DNA of 31,529 nt from a virus (lineage: Duplodnaviria > Heunggongvirae > Uroviricota > Caudoviricetes), in the IMG/VR virus record IMGVR_UViG_3300033077_000655. One strand, 5' to 3'. Shown here in pieces: positions 1 to 7,227 of this stretch. Made by a program: the position numbers and the translations under genes. Under the pieces are notes generated by a model. It was given only the letters and a program-made list of their open reading frames with translations. It made no database searches and had not been told where the DNA came from. Each line of letters begins with the position of its first letter. The first letter of the stretch is position 1.

Positions 1-863
1 TGGCAGCAGGACTAGCACGTGATGTACTAACCGAACCCCCAACAGTGGCTATCTCTCCCGAGGATGCTAAGACTATTGCCGACAATATCAAGATCATTCA
101 AAATTGGCAAGAAAATCCTGCTAATAAATCTGCGTTGACTCCGGACTTGCAATCTCGTATAGATGCTGTGCTCAAAGATGTAGTTAAAGTGGGTGTTCCT
201 ACTCAAACATCCACTCCGGCAACACCAGCTACCCCTGCACAATCATCAACTCCTGCAGCTCGTGAAGCTGATGTTCAAGATACGTTGAATCGACTTGATG
301 CATTGTTAAAGACATATACCTTTGAAAGCATCAAGGTTGAATCACTTACTGAACAAATGGCCCGGCATCGAGACATAGTAACTGAGGGTATTCCGTGGAC
401 CAAAGCAGCAGCCGAAGCCGCAGCGCTCGCTAAATCTAGCAAAGCATATGCACAAGCTAGACAGGTTATAATGAATTCGGGACTAACAGGGAAACAATTG
501 AACCGAGAATTGGACAAAGTCATGCCGCAAGTGTTTGCTGCTGAAAAATCAGTGACTGAAATGGCAAGTGATATGTTAATCACGGTTGCTCTTAAGTTGG
601 GCATTGGCGTGGCAGGGCTTGGCATAGTTGGTGCACTTGGATATGGCGGATACCAAGCCTTGAAATATTATAATGCTCCCAAGACCATGAGCGCAGCAGA
701 ACAAGCTGAATTTAATCAACTCAGAGCAAAACTCAGTGAACTGGTCCCCGATGTAGCAGCACTAAATTCTCTATCTCCCCAATTGCAAGATCAGTATGCA
801 GACTTTGTTGATCAACTAGAAGCTATGGAAGCTAGAACAAAAAAACCACAAGGAACCAAATGA
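1..863 (+). CDS. Hypothetical protein, 5'-truncated by the window edge; Ala/Lys/Glu-rich, with a Pro/Thr/Ala linker and one Gly-rich hydrophobic segment
   Basis: The frame of track ORF 45..863 stays open back to base 3 (AAGLARDVLTEPPTV...), so GTG45 is probably internal. It contains TPATPATPA and a possible TM/glycine-zipper segment LITVALKLGIGVAGLGIVGALGYGGY. Confidence 0.75.
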   Translation, partial: AAGLARDVLTEPPTVAISPEDAKTIADNIKIIQNWQENPANKSALTPDLQSRIDAVLKDVVKVGVPTQTSTPATPATPAQSSTPAAREADVQDTLNRLDALLKTYTFESIKVESLTEQMARHRDIVTEGIPWTKAAAEAAALAKSSKAYAQARQVIMNSGLTGKQLNRELDKVMPQVFAAEKSVTEMASDMLITVALKLGIGVAGLGIVGALGYGGYQALKYYNAPKTMSAAEQAEFNQLRAKLSELVPDVAALNSLSPQLQDQYADFVDQLEAMEARTKKPQGTK

Positions 864-1030
864 AACCAGGATCGAATTACAAAATGCCCAAAAGCATCAA
901 ACGTCAACTAGCAGTTATTGTAGACAATCACCTGCGCGGTGATATTCGCAGACTCATGATCCAAGCTGATCTTGCCAGTCGTATTGCTGCTCCTCGTCAG
1001 AAAAACTCTGACAGAACTCCTGTAATTTAA
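860..1030 (+). CDS. Small hypothetical protein, 56 aa (not in ORF track)
   Basis: ATG860 overlaps the upstream TGA (ATGA) and has AAGGA at 850-854. Translation MKPGSNYKMPKSIKRQLAVIVDNHLRGDIRRLMIQADLASRIAAPRQKNSDRTPVI, ending TAA 1028-1030. Confidence 0.7.
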   Translation: MKPGSNYKMPKSIKRQLAVIVDNHLRGDIRRLMIQADLASRIAAPRQKNSDRTPVI

Positions 1031-1046
1031 ACAATTTTTGTTGTGA

Positions 1047-1073
1047 AAATACCACACTTTTTATGTGGTATTT
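1047..1073. terminator. Stem-loop between the 860..1030 gene and the first early promoter (possible terminator or operator)
   Basis: AAATACCACA (1047-1056) is the exact reverse complement of TGTGGTATTT (1064-1073); 7-nt loop. Confidence 0.45.
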
Positions 1074-1075
1074 CA

Positions 1076-1135
1076 GGTTGACCGCTATTGCAAGATCGGT
1101 TATAATAGTCACATACACAGCAACAAACAGGAGTA
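1076..1135 (+). repeat. Promoter-leader cassette, copy 1
   Basis: 53/60 identical to 1591-1650; the first 48 nt are 42/48 identical to 3935-3982 (aligned by hand). Confidence 0.85.
1078..1106 (+). promoter_or_regulatory. Sigma70-like early promoter P1
   Basis: TTGACC (1078-1083), 17 bp, TATAAT (1101-1106); AGGAG RBS before ATG1140. Confidence 0.85.
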
Positions 1136-1139
1136 GTTT

Positions 1140-1379
1140 ATGAAAGTTCAAGAACTCATTGAGCAACTGAAAAGCATGAATCCCGATGCAGAAGTACACT
1201 TCTCCTACAATTATGGCGATCACTGGCGTACACGGGTTGCTCCCTGTGTTGATCAAGTGTTTGAGGGTGTGGTCAAGCGTAGTGAGTATCACGGCACAGA
1301 CAAGCTGATGGACGAGGATGACATGTACGAAGATGAAGGCGACTTTGAAGGTACTCGCCGTGTGGTAGTTTTAGGCTAA
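1140..1379 (+). CDS. Hypothetical protein, 79 aa
   Basis: Directly after P1 with an AGGAG RBS; MKVQELIEQLKSMNPDAEV start; acidic C-terminus. Confidence 0.8.
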   Translation: MKVQELIEQLKSMNPDAEVHFSYNYGDHWRTRVAPCVDQVFEGVVKRSEYHGTDKLMDEDDMYEDEGDFEGTRRVVVLG

Positions 1380-1389
1380 GGAGAACAAG

Positions 1390-1587
1390 ATGATTTCAAT
1401 TTTTATTGTACGTGCTGAAGACCGTGGTGCTCTTGAGAGCTATATCTGCGGAGTGTATCCCACTGCTGAGTTGGCCGAGGCCCGCATTGCAGTGTTGAAG
1501 GGCGAGGACTTTGGGTATGAGATTACTTGGTACGACGAAGTGAAGGTTGGTGCTAACGGTGCTGACTGCTTCTTTGCCAATCGCTAA
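1390..1587 (+). CDS. Hypothetical protein, 65 aa
   Basis: AAGGAG at 1378-1383 precedes the ATG; fills the gap between 1379 and P2. Confidence 0.75.
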   Translation: MISIFIVRAEDRGALESYICGVYPTAELAEARIAVLKGEDFGYEITWYDEVKVGANGADCFFANR

Positions 1588-1590
1588 ATT

Positions 1591-1650
1591 GGTTGACCGG
1601 TATTGAGAAATCGGTTATAATACACACATAGACAGCAACAAACAGGAGTA
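1591..1650 (+). repeat. Promoter-leader cassette, copy 2
   Basis: 53/60 identical to 1076-1135, including an identical 19-mer ACAGCAACAAACAGGAGTA (1632-1650 = 1117-1135). Confidence 0.85.
1593..1621 (+). promoter_or_regulatory. Sigma70-like early promoter P2
   Basis: TTGACC (1593-1598), 17 bp, TATAAT (1616-1621). Confidence 0.85.
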
Positions 1651-1654
1651 AAAA

Positions 1655-2137
1655 ATGGGTACACGTAGTCGAATTGGTGTGATGCATGGTGACAACTGCA
1701 AGAGCGTTTATTGCCATTGGGATGGCTATCTCAGCCACAACGGTGCTATCCTGCAAGAACATTATGACAGTTCCAAAGCCAACAATCTTGTGGCGCTAGG
1801 CGATATCAGCTCACTGAAATCCAAAATTGGCGAAGCACATCCGTTCAGTCCGTTTGACTTGCCCACTGAATTGCGTAACATGACGCAAGGTCAATTTGAG
1901 GATGCGTATGGCAACATGACTACTTTCTATGGTCGTGATCGTGATGAAAAAGATGTGGACTTCCAAGTAAGCCAAAGCTTCGACGAGTTCCTGGAACTGG
2001 TAGATGGCTGCGGTGCAGAGTATTTTTACATCATGCGAGATGGCATCTGGTACTGCGGTAGCCTGTATGCTGTGGAAGGTATGATTCCCAACACCCTGTA
2101 CGTTCTCAGCGAGCAGTTGGCTAAAGAAACCGCTTGA
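1655..2137 (+). CDS. Hypothetical protein, 160 aa, with N-terminal MGTRSRIG...VYCHWDGY motif
   Basis: AGGAG RBS after P2. I recall the MGTRS/YCHWDGY pattern from phage proteins of unknown function (not searched). Confidence 0.85.
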   Translation: MGTRSRIGVMHGDNCKSVYCHWDGYLSHNGAILQEHYDSSKANNLVALGDISSLKSKIGEAHPFSPFDLPTELRNMTQGQFEDAYGNMTTFYGRDRDEKDVDFQVSQSFDEFLELVDGCGAEYFYIMRDGIWYCGSLYAVEGMIPNTLYVLSEQLAKETA

Positions 2138-2162
2138 CCTGAAATTCAAAATCGCTTACAAT
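2134..2162 (+). promoter_or_regulatory. Sigma70-like early promoter P3 (upstream of the AAA ATPase)
   Basis: TTGACC (2134-2139, containing the upstream TGA stop), 17 bp, TACAAT (2157-2162). Confidence 0.75.
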
Positions 2163-2192
2163 TAACTTATCAACAACAGAAAGGTATCCACC

Positions 2193-3278
2193 ATGTCAGA
2201 ATCACGTACAGTTACAGCTCGCCAGGCACACAAGTCCTTGCTCAAAGCATTCAAAGTCAAGCGTCCTTTGTTCCTGTGGGGTCCCCCAGGAATTGGCAAG
2301 AGTGAACTGGTTGAAGGTATTACTCGAGACCTTAACGGTTATATGATTGACCTGCGATTGGGTCAGATGGAACCCACTGACATTCGTGGTATTCCTTTCT
2401 ACAACAAAGAAATTGGCAAGATGGATTGGGCTCCTCCTGTGGAACTGCCCGACGAAGAACTTGCTAGCCAGTATCCTGTTGTGGTACTGTTCTTGGACGA
2501 ACTTAACAGTGCCGCAGCCTCAGTTCAAGCCGCTGCTTATCAGCTGATTCTGAACCGTCGCATTGGCAAGTATCGTCTGCCCGACAACGTGGTTATGGTA
2601 GCAGCAGGCAACCGCGAAAGCGACAAGGGTGTGACTTATCGCATGCCCACTCCGTTGGCAAATCGTTTTATTCACCAAGAAATGAAAGTGGATTTTGCTA
2701 GCTGGCAAGAATGGGCAGTAACCCACAACATACACAAGGACGTGGTTGGTTACTTGAGTTTTGCCAAGCAAGACTTGTACGATTTTGATTCCAAGAGCTC
2801 GAGCCGTGCATTCGCTACTCCGCGCAGCTGGACCTTTGTAAGCGAGCTGTTGGATGATGCAGACGGCGATGACGACACCTTTACCAACTTGGTAGCAGGT
2901 ACTGTTGGAGAAGGCCTGGCAGTGAAGTTTATGGCGCACCGCAAAGTGTCTGGTCGTATGCCTGACCCAACTGATATCTTGAGCGGTAAAGTAAAAGACT
3001 TGAACGTGAAAGAAATCAGTGCCATGTATAGCCTGGTTATTTCCATGTGTTACGAACTCAAGGCTGCTGTCGAGGCCAAAGTGGAAGAAAAGAAATTCCA
3101 CGAGATGGCTGATAACTTCCTCAGCTACATGATGCGGAACTTTGAAACTGAGTTGACTGTGATGGGTTCTCGTATTGCGTTGACCACTTACAACTTGCCG
3201 TTTAAGCCTACCAAGCTCAAGCACTTTGATGAGTTCCACAGCAAATTTGGTAAGTACGTGCTGCAAGCCCAAGGTTAA
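2193..3278 (+). CDS. MoxR-like AAA+ ATPase
   Basis: Walker A GPPGIGKS, Walker B VVLFLDE, sensor-I region VAAGN, arginine-finger-like PLANRF; AAAGG RBS; a VWA partner gene lies downstream. Confidence 0.9.
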   Translation: MSESRTVTARQAHKSLLKAFKVKRPLFLWGPPGIGKSELVEGITRDLNGYMIDLRLGQMEPTDIRGIPFYNKEIGKMDWAPPVELPDEELASQYPVVVLFLDELNSAAASVQAAAYQLILNRRIGKYRLPDNVVMVAAGNRESDKGVTYRMPTPLANRFIHQEMKVDFASWQEWAVTHNIHKDVVGYLSFAKQDLYDFDSKSSSRAFATPRSWTFVSELLDDADGDDDTFTNLVAGTVGEGLAVKFMAHRKVSGRMPDPTDILSGKVKDLNVKEISAMYSLVISMCYELKAAVEAKVEEKKFHEMADNFLSYMMRNFETELTVMGSRIALTTYNLPFKPTKLKHFDEFHSKFGKYVLQAQG

Positions 3279-3284
3279 ACAGGA

Positions 3285-3304
3285 ATGGGGACTACGGTCC
3301 CCAT
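3285..3304 (+). terminator. Stem-loop with C(UACG)G tetraloop after the ATPase gene; candidate terminator or processing site
   Basis: ATGGGGAC (3285-3292) / TACG / GTCCCCAT (3297-3304), a perfect 8-bp stem; only a weak U-tract follows (ATTTC). Confidence 0.55.
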
Positions 3305-3312
3305 ATTTCATC

Positions 3313-3636
3313 ATGCGATATGAGATTACCAAACTAGATTATCGTCACAATCATTGCCACAGATATCGATTTATGATTAGATTTAGTACCAGTGTAACAG
3401 GTGGCACTGGTGCGTTGGACTTTGATCGGGCTCGACGTTGGTTCAATCAAACGTACGGATGGGCACAAGAAGCTGAGATACAGATGGCAATGAACCAGCA
3501 ATCAAGAGCAATTAATGCTCCGTCTGAATCTAACCCACATTGGGCATATCAAACTGAGTATCGTGATTATCGTATCTATGTGCATTCAGACAAAGAACTA
3601 GCGTGGTTTCAATTGGCTCATGTCCGCGAACCATAA
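3313..3636 (+). CDS. Hypothetical protein, 107 aa (start moved from 3226 to ATG3313)
   Basis: The track start overlaps the ATPase and spans the hairpin; ATG3313 follows the hairpin. C-terminus DKELAWFQLAH. Confidence 0.65.
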   Translation: MRYEITKLDYRHNHCHRYRFMIRFSTSVTGGTGALDFDRARRWFNQTYGWAQEAEIQMAMNQQSRAINAPSESNPHWAYQTEYRDYRIYVHSDKELAWFQLAHVREP

Positions 3637-3907
3637 AGTAATTGTAAAAAAGAATCTCATTATCTTTTGTTCACCTGCGCATTGGGGTCTTGTTTGGCAG
3701 AAGATACTGGCTGACAATAGTGCCAGCATTGTTGTGAGTTGGGTGTTGAAACGTGAGTTGGGATTTACCGTAAGGCGGCATGAGGAATGGATTCGATTTG
3801 TTCCGCCAGAATCTGGCGAGTTGCCGCGAAATCGCTGTATAAGGCAGGTTCACTTGGACTTTTTTAATGAAGCTGCACTCACTTGGTTTCAGCTAAAATA
3901 TCTATAA
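3620..3907 (+). CDS. Hypothetical protein, 95 aa
   Basis: Overlaps the previous gene by 17 bp; C-terminus EAALTWFQLKYL resembles that of 3313..3636. Confidence 0.7.
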   Translation: MSANHKVIVKKNLIIFCSPAHWGLVWQKILADNSASIVVSWVLKRELGFTVRRHEEWIRFVPPESGELPRNRCIRQVHLDFFNEAALTWFQLKYL

Positions 3908-3934
3908 ATGTTGCAAAAAACCCACACTTTTTTT

Positions 3935-3982
3935 GGTTGACCAGTATTGCAAGATCGGGTATAATATACACATACGCAGCAA
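3935..3982 (+). repeat. Promoter-leader cassette, copy 3
   Basis: 42/48 identical to 1076-1123. Confidence 0.8.
3937..3965 (+). promoter_or_regulatory. Sigma70-like early promoter P4
   Basis: TTGACC (3937-3942), 17 bp, TATAAT (3960-3965). Confidence 0.85.
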
Positions 3983-3994
3983 AAAGGACGCAAA

Positions 3995-4357
3995 ATGTTT
4001 GAAACAATGACCCGCACCGAAGAACTCCAGAGCATTTTCTGGGATCTGTACAAAGAAGCACACGGCTTCCGTCCTCGTCATGTGGATACCACAGGGTGGA
4101 CTGAAGAGCAGTTCAATGTAGAGTTCAACGAGCTGAGCACCATTGCAGAGCTCAACTGTCGCCAGCGTCAGGCAGATGAGGAGACTGCGGCTCACAAGTT
4201 TGAGATGCGGGTGCAGAGCGTTATTGCTTGTGGTGCCAAGGACCGTGAGATGGCTCTGCGTTGGATACACGAAGCTGAAGGTTCCAACGGTGACAACGAG
4301 TACCTGTGCTACTTGGTTGGCCTGCCTTACCGGTATTTTGCCAAGGTGGCTGTATGA
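3995..4357 (+). CDS. Hypothetical protein, 120 aa (DLYKEAHGFRPR motif)
   Basis: After P4 with an AAGGA RBS; helical-looking middle region; no function assigned. Confidence 0.8.
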   Translation: MFETMTRTEELQSIFWDLYKEAHGFRPRHVDTTGWTEEQFNVEFNELSTIAELNCRQRQADEETAAHKFEMRVQSVIACGAKDREMALRWIHEAEGSNGDNEYLCYLVGLPYRYFAKVAV

Positions 4358-4530
4358 TGAAAACATACGAACGAACAATGATCCTACTGTTGAAGGGGCA
4401 GCCCAAGGCCAAACCGTTTGGTCGGCTGATTGACGGCAAGTTTGTCACAGGCACCCTGAGTCTGCATCGCACCCCGCAGAGTCGTGCCTGGCGTAGATTC
4501 ATAAAGATGCGTCAACGAGTTGACCAGTAA
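4354..4530 (+). CDS. Small basic hypothetical protein, 58 aa (start moved from 4306)
   Basis: ATG4354 overlaps the upstream TGA (ATGA); MMKTYERTMILLLKGQPKAKPFG...; fills the gap up to P5. Confidence 0.55.
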   Translation: MMKTYERTMILLLKGQPKAKPFGRLIDGKFVTGTLSLHRTPQSRAWRRFIKMRQRVDQ

Positions 4531-4548
4531 TTTGTATTGTCGTATAAT
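4520..4548 (+). promoter_or_regulatory. Sigma70-like early promoter P5 (upstream of the VWA gene)
   Basis: TTGACC (4520-4525), 17 bp, TATAAT (4543-4548). Confidence 0.8.
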
Positions 4549-4572
4549 ATATACATTAACAAGGAACGATCT

Positions 4573-5868
4573 ATGGCAACCAAAGGCACTACAGCAAACA
4601 AAAAAGAAGACAAATTTAAAAATCTCATTGGTCCCAAAGATGAGAAACTGGACGGCAAAGTTCGTGAAAAACTGATCACTGCCCGTGTGGGCTTGCTGTT
4701 GAAAGCCAGCTTCTTTGGTAACTTGGCAACTCGTCTCAAGCTGGTTAACGCAGATGAGTGGTGCGGTACTGCTGCAACAGACGGGCGTCACTTCTATTAC
4801 AATACTCGTTTTATTGAAATGTTGCGTCCTAAAGAAATTGAGTTCTTGTTCGGACATGAAGTGCTGCATTGTGTATATGATCACTTTGGACGCCGCGGCG
4901 ATCGTGATCCACAAATTTGGAATGTGGCCAATGACTTTTGCGTTAACGCAGACTTGAAAGAACATGGTGTTGGTGAGTTTATTACGTCAGTGCCTTGCTT
5001 ATACGATCGCAAGTATAATGGGTGGAGTTCGGAAAAGGTGTTTGATGACTTGATGAAGAATGTCAAACGCATTAGCATGAGTGATCTAATTGATCAATTG
5101 TTAGACGATCACCTGGATGGTGAAGGCGACGATGAGAGCGACGGTGACGGTGATGAAGACGGCAATGGTAATAAAAAAGGCAAGGGTCGTCCCAAACTGA
5201 GTGAATCTGATCGCCAAGCTATCAAGGACGAACTCAAAGAAGCCATGATGGCTGCTGCTGCCACAGTTGATGGTGCCGGTAACATTCCACTAGGAGTCAA
5301 GCGTCTTATTGAAGAGATGACTGAGCCAAAGATGAACTGGCGTGAACTGTTGCGTATGAATTTGGAAAGTACCATCAAAAGCGACTACACCTGGATGCGA
5401 GCAAGCCGTCGAGGCTGGCATATGGATGCAGTAATGCCCGGTATGAAACCGGATGAGATGATTGATATTGCTATTGCAATTGATGCATCCGGCAGTATTG
5501 GGCAGACCATGCTCAAGGACTTCTTGAGTGAAATCCAAGGTATTATGGATTCGTTTCCAGCATACAAGATCCATATTATCACGTTTGACACTGACACTTA
5601 TAACCCGCAACAATATGATTCTGACAACTTGGATAGTATCTGCGATTATGAAGTGGAAGGTGGTGGCGGTACAGACTTTGATTGTTTTTACAACTACTTC
5701 AAAGAAAACGAAATTGTGCCGCGTCGTTTGATAGTGTTTACAGATGGTTATCCTTTTGGCAGCTGGGGTGATGAAAACTACTGCGAAGTCACTTGGATTT
5801 TGCATGGTACCACTACTATTGTTCCGCCCTGGGGTGTTCATGCGTACTACGAAGAAGATACCAAGTAA
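4573..5868 (+). CDS. Putative metallopeptidase-VWA domain protein (DUF2201-like), MoxR partner (start moved from 4537)
   Basis: TAATDG, HExxH motif HEVLH, acidic Gly/Asp linker after LDDH, MIDAS motif DASGS, GGGTDF and VFTDG. The track start TTG4537 lies inside promoter P5; AAGGA at 4560-4565 precedes ATG4573. Confidence 0.88.
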   Translation: MATKGTTANKKEDKFKNLIGPKDEKLDGKVREKLITARVGLLLKASFFGNLATRLKLVNADEWCGTAATDGRHFYYNTRFIEMLRPKEIEFLFGHEVLHCVYDHFGRRGDRDPQIWNVANDFCVNADLKEHGVGEFITSVPCLYDRKYNGWSSEKVFDDLMKNVKRISMSDLIDQLLDDHLDGEGDDESDGDGDEDGNGNKKGKGRPKLSESDRQAIKDELKEAMMAAAATVDGAGNIPLGVKRLIEEMTEPKMNWRELLRMNLESTIKSDYTWMRASRRGWHMDAVMPGMKPDEMIDIAIAIDASGSIGQTMLKDFLSEIQGIMDSFPAYKIHIITFDTDTYNPQQYDSDNLDSICDYEVEGGGGTDFDCFYNYFKENEIVPRRLIVFTDGYPFGSWGDENYCEVTWILHGTTTIVPPWGVHAYYEEDTK

Positions 5869-5885
5869 CACCCACTAGGTTTACC

Positions 5886-5918
5886 AAACCCCCTGAGAAA
5901 TTTAACTTCAGGGGGTTT
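5886..5918. terminator. Rho-independent terminator-like hairpin closing the early region
   Basis: AAACCCCCTGA (5886-5896) / 11-nt loop / TCAGGGGGTTT (5908-5918), a perfect 11-bp stem followed by CTT. Confidence 0.65.
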
Positions 5919-5922
5919 CTTA

Positions 5923-5930
5923 TGTAAATA
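5923..5930 (+). promoter_or_regulatory. T4-late-like promoter candidate TGTAAATA
   Basis: One mismatch to the T4 late consensus TATAAATA; 5 nt upstream of ATG5936, which has no SD; directly after the terminator. Confidence 0.4.
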
Positions 5931-5935
5931 TCTAT

Positions 5936-6169
5936 ATGGAAGACATCAACAACCAACTCACAATTAACGACATTGCGCTTGCTCGAGATATTATCGACAC
6001 TGCGGTCAGGCGTGGTGCCTTTGGTGCTGCTGAAGCAAAACACGTGGGAACCTTGTATGAAAAGATTGATCTGTTCATCAAGGCCGCTGTGGCTCAAGCA
6101 GAAGCAGAAGCAGCAGAAACTCAGCCTCGGGCTGAAGTGCCAGATTCTACAGAATCTACTAACCCTTAA
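5936..6169 (+). CDS. Hypothetical protein, 77 aa
   Basis: Clean ORF between the terminator and the 6180 gene; helical, Ala/Glu-rich tail. Confidence 0.75.
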   Translation: MEDINNQLTINDIALARDIIDTAVRRGAFGAAEAKHVGTLYEKIDLFIKAAVAQAEAEAAETQPRAEVPDSTESTNP

Positions 6170-6179
6170 GGAGGATATT

Positions 6180-6938
6180 ATGGCATTTTTAAAACACATT
6201 GGTAAACACGGAGACCGTAAGGTTGCAGTTATTTTTAGACAAATTCCCGGCGACGATCATATGTGCCTGTGCATCTATCCTGACTTACTACCCATCAGCA
6301 TCCATGATCCACTGATGAAAGTCTTGGAAAGTCCAGTAGGACAAGCAGCTGAAGAGTTTGCTGATGCTCTAAACAGAAACATCTTGCCCGACGGTCGTAA
6401 TATGCTGCAAACACTGCATGCTGAACGATTAATGAAACGTGTACAAACTGAACAAATTTTGATGACCCCGAACATGAACTCTAATGTTCGACTCAACGAG
6501 CTCAACAAGATTCTCAATGAAATGAAGAAAGGTGAAGATGCTGTGCGCAAACTGGCAGAGATTGATAACAGCCGTGGTATTGTTGATCCCAAGGTTAAAC
6601 GTGCTGCTGAAGCTGCTTACAAAGCTGGACAACAATCACGCTCTGCACCAGTAGAAGCAGGGTACACTGCTGCACCCACAGACGGTGCATTGGATGACAA
6701 GACCATTGCTGCCAACATGCTCACACAGGCTGTGCGTATGCACAACGAAGCATCTGGTATGATCAACGAAGCAGCCAGAATGAAGAAAGAAGCTGAAAGG
6801 ATGTTTCCTGGTGTGAAGATGATGGACTTGCCCAAGATGGTTCCAATTCCACAAATTGAAGTTGAAGCACCAAAAGTTGCCGCAGTGAAAAAAGGCCGCC
6901 CTGCAAAGGCCAAGGCTGCTGCCCATGCCGCTGAGTGA
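6180..6938 (+). CDS. Hypothetical protein, 252 aa (start moved from 5973)
   Basis: Perfect AAGGAGG SD at 6168-6174 before in-frame ATG6180 (MAFLKHIGKHGDRKVAVIF); the longer track start would overlap 5936..6169 almost entirely. Basic Ala/Lys tail KKGRPAKAK. Confidence 0.8.
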   Translation: MAFLKHIGKHGDRKVAVIFRQIPGDDHMCLCIYPDLLPISIHDPLMKVLESPVGQAAEEFADALNRNILPDGRNMLQTLHAERLMKRVQTEQILMTPNMNSNVRLNELNKILNEMKKGEDAVRKLAEIDNSRGIVDPKVKRAAEAAYKAGQQSRSAPVEAGYTAAPTDGALDDKTIAANMLTQAVRMHNEASGMINEAARMKKEAERMFPGVKMMDLPKMVPIPQIEVEAPKVAAVKKGRPAKAKAAAHAAE

Positions 6939-7227
6939 TGAGTTCCTGGCCAAGTGGGATTATATAATTTCTGAAGTTGACAAAACCCAAGTTCCGTTAG
7001 AATGCATTAACAAAATGATTATCAAGGTTGATGGTGGTAAACAAAAGACCATCAATCTTGCTAGATTACGGAAAGATGGTCTTGACAATGATGAAGTTGA
7101 AGGAATCTTAAATAGAAATCTCTCAATGCTTGGAGAGTCCGTACGTACCATCGACTTTGTTGTTGATGTTACTACTGTAGCTGGCATTGTACAACCAGCC
7201 ACCGATAAATTACTAAAGAAATTATGA
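6925..7227 (+). CDS. Hypothetical protein, 100 aa
   Basis: Overlaps the upstream gene by 14 bp and couples to thyX through ATGA (7224-7227). Confidence 0.75.
   Translation: MPLSDEFLAKWDYIISEVDKTQVPLECINKMIIKVDGGKQKTINLARLRKDGLDNDEVEGILNRNLSMLGESVRTIDFVVDVTTVAGIVQPATDKLLKKL

Noticed and set aside
2520-3332. 270-aa minus-strand ORF
   Set aside because: It lies entirely antisense to the motif-rich AAA ATPase, has no recognisable motifs and no RBS; a shadow ORF.
1076-3982. Repeats as a degenerate CRISPR array or IS ends
   Set aside because: Spacing is irregular (0.5 and 2.3 kb), whole genes lie between copies, each copy is a promoter plus leader, and no cas or transposase gene is present.
5130-5190. 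GACGGT/GATGA-type short repeats
   Set aside because: They are explained by the Asp/Gly-rich linker codons of the metallopeptidase-VWA protein; there is no independent repeat element.
3902-5871. Minus-strand ORFs 3902..4378, 4384..4965 and 5290..5871
   Set aside because: They are antisense to promoter- and RBS-supported plus-strand genes and cross the promoters; treated as shadows. The same applies to the other short antisense ORFs in the track.
5973-6179. 69-aa N-terminal extension of the 6180 gene
   Set aside because: It overlaps 5936..6169 in another frame, and a perfect AAGGAGG SD supports ATG6180.
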